Sequence record: PQ898399.1
DNA length: 64,000 bases
Reading direction: 5' to 3' (one strand)
Shown here: positions 34,421-43,565 of the stretch, one piece after another
Numbering within the stretch: the stretch's first letter is position 1
How the letters are laid out: the number at the start of each line of letters is the position of its first letter
Made by a program: the position numbers and the translations under genes
Notes under the pieces: model-generated
Databases searched by the model: none
The model's input: only the letters and a program-made list of their open reading frames with translations
Told to the model about the DNA's origin: nothing

Positions 34421-35065
34421 ATGTCTAAAGTAATCTATATCGTTAAAGCTTCTGAAAACTCTATCTCTGAAAATGCTGCAAACGTTCTGATTGTAGTCGC
34501 TAAGAAAGACTTCATCACTTCTTCCGAAGTTCGTGACATTCTCGCAGATAAACTTTCAGCTGCTTCAGTTAACAGCAACATCGGTGTTCTGATTAAGAAA
34601 GGTCTGATTGAAAAATCAGGTGATGGTCTGATTGTATCTGCTGAAGGTCAAGAAATCATCAACCAGGCAGCAGTTATCTACGCAGAAGAAAATGCACCAG
34701 AACTTCTTGAAAAACGTAACACTCGTAAAGCTCGTCCGATTACTGACCAGATGGAAGCAGACAAAAATCTGATGATGGAGCTTCTGGCAACCAAAGATAA
34801 TCTGTTCACAATCAAAAAACTGGACGTCTATCGTAGCAACTTCATCGCGGTACTCGAAAAACGAACTTTCGGTATTCGCAGCTTCGAGGTATCAAACAAA
34901 GGTAACTTCCGTATCTCCGGTTACAAAATGACTGAAGAACAAGTTAAACACTTCGAAGACCTCGGAATGGTTGCTAAACATTCTAAAAATGGCAATGTAT
35001 ACCTGGACATTCCACGTACTCAGGAAAACATTGAAAACATCATCCACGCTGTTGACACTCTGTAA
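34421..35065 (+). CDS. motA: Middle transcription activator MotA
   Basis: MSKVIYIVKAS, AKKDFIT, VNSNIGVLIKKGLIEKSGDGL, KNGNVYLDI. Confidence 0.97.
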   Translation: MSKVIYIVKASENSISENAANVLIVVAKKDFITSSEVRDILADKLSAASVNSNIGVLIKKGLIEKSGDGLIVSAEGQEIINQAAVIYAEENAPELLEKRNTRKARPITDQMEADKNLMMELLATKDNLFTIKKLDVYRSNFIAVLEKRTFGIRSFEVSNKGNFRISGYKMTEEQVKHFEDLGMVAKHSKNGNVYLDIPRTQENIENIIHAVDTL

Positions 35066-35079
35066 TAAGGAAATTGAAG

Positions 35080-35484
35080 ATGAAAAACTTAAACTCTCAT
35101 GTACTTCGTGTTAAAAAGTTAATGAATCGTCCAGAAACTTTGAATGAACTGCAGCGTTGTATTGAACGAGTAACTGATAAGTACTATTTGCCAACCGATG
35201 CATGGGAAGTCTGGTTCCGTGGAACACATCTTGGCAGTATTGAACTTAAAGCTAAAAATGTTTACGCAGTTTATAGTTCTCATGGTCGTCACTGCGGTGA
35301 ACATTCTAACTTCATGAAAGCACTCGCAGAATTCATAGATTCATGTGCGGTGGTTATCGCCTATGATGAAATTAAAGCAACAGAAGAATGGATTAAAGAA
35401 GTTACTAAAGAACCTGAACTTCGTACTTGGGGTCTCCGCGAACCAAAAACAATCTGGCAGAAAATTAAAGGATTCTTCAAATGA
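35080..35484 (+). CDS. arn-region hypothetical protein
   Basis: SD AAGGA; follows motA. Confidence 0.7.
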   Translation: MKNLNSHVLRVKKLMNRPETLNELQRCIERVTDKYYLPTDAWEVWFRGTHLGSIELKAKNVYAVYSSHGRHCGEHSNFMKALAEFIDSCAVVIAYDEIKATEEWIKEVTKEPELRTWGLREPKTIWQKIKGFFK

Positions 35485-35909
35485 GCAAATTTTCAGAACA
35501 AATGAATAAATTTGTAGAAGCAGCTCAAAACGGTGATTTAATCGAAACTCAGAACGTCAATGAACGGATTCCTGAAATCTGTTTCGTTAAAGCCGATTGG
35601 TGGGATGGTCGTTTACTTCAACGAGTTATCGTCTGTGCAGCTAATCGTTTTAAATTGAAAGATGGCGGAGAGTTAGTTATTCCAGGGACTCGTCATTATT
35701 CAAAAGATATGGCTCTGGTGTTAGACCAAATGCGCGATAAAGTAGTTTCTGAACAGGTTTATGGTGATGACCAAGGTTTCTTGGACCAATGGGGAAATTA
35801 TTTTACTCGAAAAGAAGCATTAATCATTGCAACTCATGCCGGTCAAATTAATACTCGCCGTGTTAAAAGTGGACCAGCTGATACATTATTCTCCGAGGAT
35901 TTATACTAA
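35481..35909 (+). CDS. arn.3: arn.3-like protein
   Basis: ADWWDGR..QR.IVCAANRFKLKDGG.LVIPG.RHYSKDM..DDQGF..SEDLY. Confidence 0.85.
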   Translation: MSKFSEQMNKFVEAAQNGDLIETQNVNERIPEICFVKADWWDGRLLQRVIVCAANRFKLKDGGELVIPGTRHYSKDMALVLDQMRDKVVSEQVYGDDQGFLDQWGNYFTRKEALIIATHAGQINTRRVKSGPADTLFSEDLY

Positions 35910-35986
35910 TGAAAATGAATATTAAGTTGCTTCAAATTGAATCTCTGCGTAATCAAATCAATGCTCTTAAAAAGCAAATGAGATGA
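35909..35986 (+). CDS. 25-aa coiled-coil micro-ORF (not in ORF track)
   Basis: MKMNIKLLQIESLRNQINALKKQMR; overlaps the flanking stop and start. Confidence 0.4.
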   Translation: MKMNIKLLQIESLRNQINALKKQMR

Positions 35987-36213
35987 TGCATGAGCAATGG
36001 ACTTCATTAACAAACGAATCAGGTTGGTCTTGGTTATCAGAAGCTGTCGTGAAGAAGCTGACAATTAATAATGATCCATGGATGTGGAATGGAACCATTA
36101 AGCCATTGTTTGCGCAATACTATGTTATGCTTAACCTTGAAATAATTAAAGAACTTGAACGCCAAATTAAGAAACTCGAGGAACAAGATGAACAATCCAG
36201 TAGCAAAGCATGA
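35983..36213 (+). CDS. arn-region hypothetical protein
   Basis: Fits the tightly packed operon. Confidence 0.6.
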   Translation: MMHEQWTSLTNESGWSWLSEAVVKKLTINNDPWMWNGTIKPLFAQYYVMLNLEIIKELERQIKKLEEQDEQSSSKA

Positions 36214-36310
36214 TTTCAATAAAGGCGGCGCTCATAAAGATATGAAGCGCCAGGAAAAAGAATCTCGTCGTAAGCAAAAGCATAAAGGAAAAGGCTATGA
36301 GCATATCTGA
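36188..36310 (+). CDS. arn.1: arn.1-like 40-aa basic peptide (not in ORF track)
   Basis: MNNPVAKHDFNKGGAHKDMKRQEKESRRKQKHKGKGYEHI resembles T4 arn.1; SD GAGGA. Confidence 0.75.
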   Translation: MNNPVAKHDFNKGGAHKDMKRQEKESRRKQKHKGKGYEHI

Positions 36311-36575
36311 AATTAAAATGGTACCTTACGTTACTTATACCAGTGAAAGACTTCGTGAGTTCCAGGACCAATTTAATGGCACTGGCATTTTCTATGATAC
36401 TCTAAGTGAAATTGAAAATGATGTCAAATCAGATATTAATGACAATGATTTTATCATTCGCATGTTTTTGAATGGTACATTTGAAATCGTAGCAATTTCT
36501 GATAAACGAATTGAAGATGCCATTGCTCATATTGATAATATCATTGACGAAATGACGGAAGGATACTATGAATAA
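36297..36575 (+). CDS. arn: Arn anti-restriction DNA-mimic homologue
   Basis: 92 aa, 20 D/E; NDFII, KRIEDAIAHI and EGYYE weakly parallel T4 Arn; syntenic. Confidence 0.65.
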   Translation: MSISEIKMVPYVTYTSERLREFQDQFNGTGIFYDTLSEIENDVKSDINDNDFIIRMFLNGTFEIVAISDKRIEDAIAHIDNIIDEMTEGYYE

Positions 36576-36918
36576 AATTTCTCATATCGAAGCAGAACGT
36601 AAAGCATGGGATGAACACACCAGTGTTGTAGATGCAATAACTCCTGTGTATAATCTTGTGGTATGGTTCTCTTTGACTCGAGATGACCAAGATTGCTCTT
36701 GGAAATATTTTGAAGATACAACATTTCAAAAATTTGTAAATGCTGTTAATCATCCAGAATCTCTACTCACTCATTGCGAAATAAAAGCAAGTGAAGAAAC
36801 ATTTTGTTATTTCACTGTAAGTTCTAAGCGCAGTATTGCTGATGTCATGCAAGGTTATCAATTCCTCAAAGGTGTTGCTGACGAATTTGAATTGAAAATC
36901 AATTACGAGAAAATTTAA
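36568..36918 (+). CDS. Hypothetical protein (asiA.1 region)
   Basis: Overlapping operon, SD GGA. Confidence 0.7.
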   Translation: MNKISHIEAERKAWDEHTSVVDAITPVYNLVVWFSLTRDDQDCSWKYFEDTTFQKFVNAVNHPESLLTHCEIKASEETFCYFTVSSKRSIADVMQGYQFLKGVADEFELKINYEKI

Positions 36919-37175
36919 TGAACCAGACAGTAGAGATTCAACGCTATCTCGAAGGAATGATGAACAAGCTTGCGCTTGGTGACATGGTAGATTACAGCTA
37001 TCAAGAGGCCATGGAGATTTGTCACTGGATGAAACGTAGGGTTCGTGTAGTAGGAGCCGAATGGTATATATCAGCTGAGTTGATTGATGGTCGCTACGCC
37101 ATTCGCTATGACTCTGGTGACGAATACGTAACTTTACCTGGCCATGTACTTCAACGCTGGGAAGTGGTGAACTGA
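36918..37175 (+). CDS. Hypothetical protein (asiA.1 region)
   Basis: TAATG overlap with the previous gene. Confidence 0.7.
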   Translation: MNQTVEIQRYLEGMMNKLALGDMVDYSYQEAMEICHWMKRRVRVVGAEWYISAELIDGRYAIRYDSGDEYVTLPGHVLQRWEVVN

Positions 37176-37177
37176 CC

Positions 37178-37207
37178 GTTTACATTCACCGTTGACTGTG
37201 TTACTAT
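37178..37207 (+). promoter_or_regulatory. asiA early promoter
   Basis: GTTTACA-17 bp-TACTAT. Confidence 0.85.
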
Positions 37208-37242
37208 ATCCTCAATCCATTAAGTCGTAGGAAATACTTGAT

Positions 37243-37515
37243 ATGTCTAAAATTGAAATTGTTCGCGAAATTGTTACTGTGGCTTCTGTATTGATTAAAT
37301 TTGGTTCTGAACACATTCTTGAAAAACGTGAACATTTTATTGCATTTTTGAATGAAATCGGAATTAAGAATGATTTAGGTCGTCCTCTAAATCAGAGTAA
37401 CTTCCGTAAAATGATTGAAGAAATGACAGCTGAAGAAAAACAACAGCTAGTTGAAGAGTTTAATGAAGGTTTTGAATCAGTGTATCGTTATATGATGATG
37501 TATAGCAAGCCGTAA
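37243..37515 (+). CDS. asiA: Anti-sigma70 / co-activator AsiA
   Basis: VREIVTVASVLIKF..FIAFLNEIG..LNQSNFRKM..EFNEGFESVYRY. Confidence 0.96.
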   Translation: MSKIEIVREIVTVASVLIKFGSEHILEKREHFIAFLNEIGIKNDLGRPLNQSNFRKMIEEMTAEEKQQLVEEFNEGFESVYRYMMMYSKP

Positions 37516-37523
37516 CATCCTTG

Positions 37524-38180
37524 TTACTTGGCTCTTCCTAAAGTTCTTGCAGCTTGTCCACAAATTGCAGCAAGCCTGTCTTCATTTAAGAGTGGTTTGC
37601 TATACCAGTACATGGAAACTGTTCCGGCATATACATTGTCCAGGTTGAAATACGGGCACGAGTACATGTACTTCAACTCCCCATCCTTTTTCTTAGTCGG
37701 CAAGAAAACAAATTCATTTTCAGAAGAGAAATATGCACCTCTCAAATGAGCAGAATATTCGTTTGAAGTCTTATCAACTGGAAATCCTCCTAAATTTTTT
37801 TCATTGACTGTGCTAGGCAGTCGCCCTTCATATGCAATTAAATCTACAAAGTAGTTTAAGTTGCGTGGTCTAAACGAGTAAATTGCGGAAAAATCTGCAT
37901 TGCTCGACACGTGCGCTATCTGAAGTTGTTCTAGAGCTGATGCTTCAAATTTAGCCTCTTTATCTTGTTGCAGGACTTTAGTGTACGTCTCGTAACGAGA
38001 CTCTTTCCACACTTGCATAATAGAATCTAAACGATACCATGTAAGTGAAAGAACGAAAACAACTACAAGCGCAACAACCCGGGAAGCGAGTACCCTCCCG
38101 GTTGCGTTATCTTTGAAGAGCCGGTCTAGAACACCAAATAAAATGTCAGATATTCCTGGTAGTGGTGTTCTCTGGGTCAT
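37524..38180 (-). CDS. t: Holin T
   Basis: LFGVLDRLFKDNATGRVLASRV, single TM, FRPRNLNYFVD, CPYFNLDNVYAG, ICGQAARTLGRAK. Confidence 0.96.
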   Translation of the reverse strand: MTQRTPLPGISDILFGVLDRLFKDNATGRVLASRVVALVVVFVLSLTWYRLDSIMQVWKESRYETYTKVLQQDKEAKFEASALEQLQIAHVSSNADFSAIYSFRPRNLNYFVDLIAYEGRLPSTVNEKNLGGFPVDKTSNEYSAHLRGAYFSSENEFVFLPTKKKDGELKYMYSCPYFNLDNVYAGTVSMYWYSKPLLNEDRLAAICGQAARTLGRAK

Positions 38181-38207
38181 ATACCCTCCTTTTCAAGGGT
38201 ATTTATG
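38181..38207 (-). promoter_or_regulatory. t late promoter plus SD-occluding hairpin
   Basis: Minus strand CATAAATA; ATACCCT-TGAAAAGG-AGGGTAT stem includes part of the SD. Confidence 0.7.
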
Positions 38208-38296
38208 CTTTAAACTCTTGTGTAAGGTTGGAGCATTTCCATAAACTCAGCTAAGCATAACCTTGACCGCTTGGTAAACTAATAGATTCATTAGCT

Positions 38297-38815
38297 TTAT
38301 CTACGGGTTAACAATCCTTCTAGCACAGAACCTGTTTTAGAATTCAAATAATCATACCAAGCTCCAACTTGGCTCTCGACTATTTGATATTGTCTATATC
38401 CGCCATCCATTCTTCCATCAGTCCCAAAATCAAATGCTCTTCCATCACTAAAAGTAAGGCGTAAATTTACAGCAGGGCCGTTTTGAATTGTCACAACACT
38501 AATTCTTTGAAGATTCTGGACAGCCACGCAAGTCCCTAAAGCGAGACCTTCAAAATTGCCTTCTATCGCTGGATAGCCAGAAGGTTTAGATGCAAAATGA
38601 TACCAACCAACTCCCCACTGCCCACGGTATCTGGTGTTATTATAATAGCGTTCGTAAACAGTAAAACGTATATTATAAACAGATAGCCCAGCCATTTGGG
38701 ACATCCAAAATGGCGGCGTTAATCTCACTTTTGATCCGGCTTGAGCCATCCATCTTTCACCTGTTTCATCAACGGCTGAAGACCCAATCCAGCCGGGTAC
38801 ACCTACAATTGCCAT
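38297..38815 (-). CDS. 38: gp38 adhesin (T2-type N-terminus, short form)
   Basis: MAIVGVPGWIGSSAVDETGERWM...PFWMSQMAG is the Trp-rich gp37-attachment domain; only 172 aa. Confidence 0.85.
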   Translation of the reverse strand: MAIVGVPGWIGSSAVDETGERWMAQAGSKVRLTPPFWMSQMAGLSVYNIRFTVYERYYNNTRYRGQWGVGWYHFASKPSGYPAIEGNFEGLALGTCVAVQNLQRISVVTIQNGPAVNLRLTFSDGRAFDFGTDGRMDGGYRQYQIVESQVGAWYDYLNSKTGSVLEGLLTRR

Positions 38816-38827
38816 ATTATTTCCTCA

Positions 38828-38843
38828 AGGGCCCGAAGGCCCT
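38828..38843 (-). terminator. UUCG hairpin between 37 and 38
   Basis: Minus strand AGGGCC-TTCG-GGCCCT. Confidence 0.7.
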
Positions 38844-38846
38844 ATA

Positions 38847-41696
38847 TTATTTTGATTCAAGATATTCAACACGAGCCTTAAGCTCTTTGATAGCGTTAAC
38901 CAGCAGAGCAATAGTACCTGAAGCAGAAACGTTTAAAATACCTTCTTTTTCAACGACAGCTTCTGGTAAAACTTCCTGAAGGCTCTGAGCGATAATACCA
39001 GCTTCTACAGACTCATATTCAGTTGAAGTAGGAGTGTTTTTCTTCTCGTAAATCAAACCATCAAGCTTATCAACTTTATCAAGAGCGTTTTCAATTTTCT
39101 TGAAGTTACGTTTTAAAGTAACATCAGAACGAATATAAACGTTGTTAAAGTTTGCGTCGCCATTTCCATATACTGTTCTTGAAAATTGAATATCTGAAGC
39201 GCGTAAGTTAATATTAGTATTTAAAATATAGTTATGCAGAGTTAAATCATTGCCTGACCCGCCAAAGCCCATATAAAAACCATTGACACCTGCTCGTTGG
39301 CCTAATACATAAACACTTTGGTTGGAAGCCGTAGCATTTAAACGAAGTGCACCACCATTCGCCTGTATTGTTAACATACCGCTCATGGTATCGCCGGCTT
39401 TGGCAACATTATTATTGTTAACCCAGCTTAAAGCATCACCAGCCCATTCAGAATTGCCAAAGGATTTCCAACGCGAGCCTTTTAAGTTACCATCATTTGC
39501 CAGACAAGCACCTAAATTACCCCAAGAAATAGCATTACCAGCAGTACTAGTAACGTTAATACCTGAGGCGCCGTTAACAGTCAATCCATTACCTACTGTT
39601 AAAGCACTACCAAATGATGAAGAACCACCAACGGTCAATGAATGACTCATTGTTACGTTGCCGTTAGAGTTATTAATAGACAGCGGGCGAAGACCATTCC
39701 AAGTCCCCATTTGGTCGCCGGAGTTTGTCAACATGAAATAAGTATTGCCACCATCGTTTCTGATAAAGAAACCATAATTGCCATATGCAATACGGAAGCC
39801 ATCGCTGTTTTTAGATACAAACTGAAGAGGAATTCCAGTTTTCAAATAATCTTCTGTTAACACTCGGTCCCATGGGCGCCATGAGTCAGAACTATATTTC
39901 GCACGTAAATACACGCGGGTGCTGTTATAAACATGATATCTTTGTTGAACACCAGCACCAGAAGTAACTGTTAAATGGCCTGCTTGAGCTTCGGGGTAAT
40001 TCAAAGCCAAAGACGTGTTTACGTTCATGTTCTGAGCATATTCGCCCGCATGACCATCGGCACTTAGCGTATCTAAGTTTACATTTGCACCCAATTGGTG
40101 CAAATTCTGATAACGTGAATCAAAGTTACCAAAATCGCCTGGTTGAACTTGTCTTGGAACAGTAAAATGTCCATCTTCGCCAAATACAAAATCACCTGAA
40201 CCCGAACTGGCATTAGGAGCCGTACAGTTAACACGAATACCAGGACGTCTGGTAGTATTGCTAGGTCCATCTTTAAAAATATAACCATCTACTGCAGTTG
40301 CACCGGATGAATTTGTATATTCAAAACGAATATGGCGATTCACTGTATTTTTAAATGCAATATCACCTAATGCATCAAAACGCGGTGCAGATAGAGTACC
40401 GGAAAATGCACTATTACCATTAACATTTAACCCGCCTTTATTAATGCTAACACCTAAAGACATATCAAATACGGCATTACCATTTCCGCGAAAATAATGA
40501 TAATATTTACCACCAGAATTATAACCCAATAAAGTCAATCCATTGCCGCCAGAATTATTGGAATCTAGCGAAGTATCAATTTCTAATAATGGGTTGTTAT
40601 TAGTCGGCAAAATTGGTGTGTTAGCATTATCAGTGTGAGTGATTCTAGTTGCTTTTCTGTGTTCAATTTGGTATTTAACGGCTGATGAGTTATAATTAAT
40701 TAACTCACGAGAATTAGCCATTACGCTAAACGCACCATCTCCATCATTTCTTAATCCGGTATCGTTATCACCTAACGCTAAAGAGCCTTCACCCATTCCG
40801 GATATTACCCCAAGGCCGCCACCACCAGAACCTAAGAATAAGCTTCCTGTAAATTGCGCGTGCCCGAGTGAACCAGCTGAACGTATATTAAACATTTTGC
40901 GTTCAGGCCCTGAACCAGTATAAATAGCCCAATCGGCGCCATCGCGCTCGTCAATTAGCTGGTGCCAAATTGTTCCTGATGCGTGAGCCCTGCCTTTATA
41001 AACATAGTTCAGAGCAATAGCTCCACTCTGACCAGCGGTGTAATTTACAGTATCGTCCCAGCCGTAGCTTTGGTTAGTGCCAAACTCGTTAAACGCTCTA
41101 TTTCTTGTATAAAGCCGTGAAGTATTCATTGTAGGAGCAACAGACTCAATACTTAAACGAGAGCGCTGGCCGTACAAATCTTTAGGAGCGGCGAAATCCC
41201 CAGCACCGTTAAACACGAACAATGCGTTATTTGTATTAGCCGCGTGGGCTTTACCATTGTAAACTCGAAGGTTTACTCGCCCATCGGTATCTGTTTGCTG
41301 TGTAGCATATAAAACACCTCGTTCTTTATTACGGTTTTCGCCAGTTACTTCTTCGCCTTCAAACCATAAATGAGCGTTGCCTGAAGCAGCAGCACGAGTT
41401 CTAATTACACCCCTTTCAGCAACAATATCACCATTTGATGAAACACCTGCTGAGGCTAAAAAGGTTTTAGCACTAATATCACCAGAAGTGGTGTAATTAC
41501 CTACTTGAGTAACGTCGCCGTCGATTTTACCACCTTTAGCAAAACCGAGGTCAATAATTTGTCCATCAGCGTTCTTTGTAAATAACGTGGAATCTTTGAT
41601 GTTAATTGCTAATTCGCCTTCAGCGATATCAGCTGGAAGCGGTCTTTTACCAGCAACATTAGAACGCTTAAATTGAATTTGTTTGATAGTTGCCAT
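38847..41696 (-). CDS. 37: Long tail fibre distal subunit gp37 with C-terminal intramolecular chaperone
   Basis: MATIKQIQFKRS..EGELAIN..LFTK start; C-terminal RSDVTLKRNFKKIENALDKV..AGIIAQ..LPEAV..LLVNAIKEL peptidase-S74-type domain. Confidence 0.94.
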   Translation of the reverse strand: MATIKQIQFKRSNVAGKRPLPADIAEGELAINIKDSTLFTKNADGQIIDLGFAKGGKIDGDVTQVGNYTTSGDISAKTFLASAGVSSNGDIVAERGVIRTRAAASGNAHLWFEGEEVTGENRNKERGVLYATQQTDTDGRVNLRVYNGKAHAANTNNALFVFNGAGDFAAPKDLYGQRSRLSIESVAPTMNTSRLYTRNRAFNEFGTNQSYGWDDTVNYTAGQSGAIALNYVYKGRAHASGTIWHQLIDERDGADWAIYTGSGPERKMFNIRSAGSLGHAQFTGSLFLGSGGGGLGVISGMGEGSLALGDNDTGLRNDGDGAFSVMANSRELINYNSSAVKYQIEHRKATRITHTDNANTPILPTNNNPLLEIDTSLDSNNSGGNGLTLLGYNSGGKYYHYFRGNGNAVFDMSLGVSINKGGLNVNGNSAFSGTLSAPRFDALGDIAFKNTVNRHIRFEYTNSSGATAVDGYIFKDGPSNTTRRPGIRVNCTAPNASSGSGDFVFGEDGHFTVPRQVQPGDFGNFDSRYQNLHQLGANVNLDTLSADGHAGEYAQNMNVNTSLALNYPEAQAGHLTVTSGAGVQQRYHVYNSTRVYLRAKYSSDSWRPWDRVLTEDYLKTGIPLQFVSKNSDGFRIAYGNYGFFIRNDGGNTYFMLTNSGDQMGTWNGLRPLSINNSNGNVTMSHSLTVGGSSSFGSALTVGNGLTVNGASGINVTSTAGNAISWGNLGACLANDGNLKGSRWKSFGNSEWAGDALSWVNNNNVAKAGDTMSGMLTIQANGGALRLNATASNQSVYVLGQRAGVNGFYMGFGGSGNDLTLHNYILNTNINLRASDIQFSRTVYGNGDANFNNVYIRSDVTLKRNFKKIENALDKVDKLDGLIYEKKNTPTSTEYESVEAGIIAQSLQEVLPEAVVEKEGILNVSASGTIALLVNAIKELKARVEYLESK

Positions 41697-41703
41697 AAAT
41701 TCC

Positions 41704-42357
41704 TCAATAAGTTCCAAAATCTTGAATAGAATCTCTTACGACAATCTGATCAAAACGAGGAACGTGTTGTGGCGCAGAAGCTGCATTCAAAGAACTTAAG
41801 TTCGGGGCAGCTAATGAACCTGTCATTGTTTGTAATTCGGTTGTATTTATTTTCACCTGAGTGTCATTAGTAACATTACCTAAACCAACATCAACATTGG
41901 TAGGTTTATTTCCAGGTGAATAAACTCGTCCAGATTCATCATATAAAAACTTACCTAAGACATCTCCCATCACAATAAGCCGAGGCTTAGTCATATCAGT
42001 AACTGGGTCAAAAATTACAAACGGCTTGCCTTCACCAGTTTCAAACGCAAATTGAGCAGGTACTTTAATTGAAGCAGTATATGTTGCTCCTAATGTTCCA
42101 GTTGCTTTTCCTATTGTAACTTCAGCACCAGCGCTATCAAGGAAAGTCATTCCTTGATTAAAGTTAACTGACTGTAGATATGTTCCGCCATTAGCTTTAG
42201 AAACAAAGTCGTTATCTACAGCTTGAGGCTTGTCGTATTCGGTATAGACTTTATAAGTCTTGTAAAGCAGAGTATCGTTTATTGGAAAAAGAGGGAAATT
42301 CCCCTGGTGCCAAATCGGTAATCCGCCAATTGTACTGTTAGCTTTTAAATCAGCCAT
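41704..42357 (-). CDS. 36: Long tail fibre hinge connector gp36
   Basis: MADLKANSTIGG..IWHQGNFPL..YKTYKVYTEYDKPQA.DNDFVSKANGG; ends DFGTY. Confidence 0.94.
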   Translation of the reverse strand: MADLKANSTIGGLPIWHQGNFPLFPINDTLLYKTYKVYTEYDKPQAVDNDFVSKANGGTYLQSVNFNQGMTFLDSAGAEVTIGKATGTLGATYTASIKVPAQFAFETGEGKPFVIFDPVTDMTKPRLIVMGDVLGKFLYDESGRVYSPGNKPTNVDVGLGNVTNDTQVKINTTELQTMTGSLAAPNLSSLNAASAPQHVPRFDQIVVRDSIQDFGTY

Positions 42358-42381
42358 GGCCTTCCCCTTATGTGTTTGTTG

Positions 42382-42389
42382 TATTTATT
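42382..42389 (-). promoter_or_regulatory. Late promoter of gene 36
   Basis: Minus strand AATAAATA. Confidence 0.7.
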
Positions 42390-42400
42390 CAGAAACAACA

Positions 42401-42418
42401 AAAGCCCCGAAGGGCTTT
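42401..42418 (-). terminator. UUCG hairpin terminator after gene 35
   Basis: Minus strand AAAGCCC-TTCG-GGGCTTT. Confidence 0.8.
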
Positions 42419-43565
42419 AGTCATTATACTCTCTGAAGTCAGCTGAGTAGATATTACCAGACTTATCATCTTCAGTATCAGGAAGGACTAATAGAGTATT
42501 TTCATTTACTCCATCAGAAATCATATTATTCATACGAATACCATTGACACCGAATCCGGCTGGGTCCATAAGAGGTTCAACCAATCTTGACACTTGAGTA
42601 AGCATCATTTCTCTAATGGCTCCGCTTCCTTCAGAACCAGCTACTTCTGGATAACGAGAAGCTATGATAGTAAATCCATCAGCAGTGTCTGGTACAGTGA
42701 CATATCTTTGATGCCAAGCCCATTTGTCTGCATCTAAAGGATTTGTTTCGACTACAGCTCCAGATAAATAAGAGCTTCCTTTAAACCATCTTAAGTTAAC
42801 TCTAATATTTTGTCCAGGAGCATTTAAAGAAGCATCACCTTTAACTTCAAAGTTCCATTGCATTTTATCTCCAGGAGAAATTCCATACTCGCTTATTGGA
42901 GATATTTGTTCAAATTGCTGTGGAAATCTTTTACTAGTATTATCTTTATTAATGATATAAGTTTCAGGGTCATCAATTGCTTTTTGAGAATATCCAGTAG
43001 CTCCTATATCACTAGGTTTATCATAAATGAATTCAAGTGCTGGCCTAATGTCTCTGTCTTCTTTTTTGAAATCAGAGTAAGTAGCATTTTCAGCAATTAT
43101 CTTTTTACGATTTATAGAATACAATGCACAATAATTGCAACTATAATTGGTCGTTAAGAATATGCTTGGCCATAAAACTGAGCCAATTGATTTCATTAAT
43201 GCTTCAACAGACGGGCTTGAATATAATCTATCGTATGAAGTAATTATAAGCAAATTGTCAGAAGATACTAATGTTTTCATATGATCGACAAACGCTTTTG
43301 TTCCAGCATTTGTATCTTCAGGCTTTATATTAAAAGTCTTGAAGTTAATCATTTGGTTGTTAGTTGGATTAAACTCTCTCAAATTTATGCCGGGACCGTC
43401 ATATTGAACACCAGCAGGTTCATCCTGGAAAGTATAATAAGCTTCAGAAGGGGTAGACTGAGCTACCCCTGCAGCGAATGCTAGCTTATACTTGACGGAA
43501 TTGTTCTCAGAGAGAACTTGAGTTTGGACAAATCCTTGTCCAAAGCTCGCCATCATTTTAGCCAT
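42417..43565 (-). CDS. 35: Long tail fibre knee gp35
   Basis: MAKMMASFGQGFVQTQVLSENNSVKY matches the T4 gp35 start; syntenic. Confidence 0.92.
   Translation of the reverse strand: MAKMMASFGQGFVQTQVLSENNSVKYKLAFAAGVAQSTPSEAYYTFQDEPAGVQYDGPGINLREFNPTNNQMINFKTFNIKPEDTNAGTKAFVDHMKTLVSSDNLLIITSYDRLYSSPSVEALMKSIGSVLWPSIFLTTNYSCNYCALYSINRKKIIAENATYSDFKKEDRDIRPALEFIYDKPSDIGATGYSQKAIDDPETYIINKDNTSKRFPQQFEQISPISEYGISPGDKMQWNFEVKGDASLNAPGQNIRVNLRWFKGSSYLSGAVVETNPLDADKWAWHQRYVTVPDTADGFTIIASRYPEVAGSEGSGAIREMMLTQVSRLVEPLMDPAGFGVNGIRMNNMISDGVNENTLLVLPDTEDDKSGNIYSADFREYND

Noticed and set aside
38208-38296. Short open stretch after the gp38 stop (..LAEFMEMLQPYTRV)
   Set aside because: Several stop codons separate it from gp38, with no SD; insufficient to call a pseudogene or frameshift
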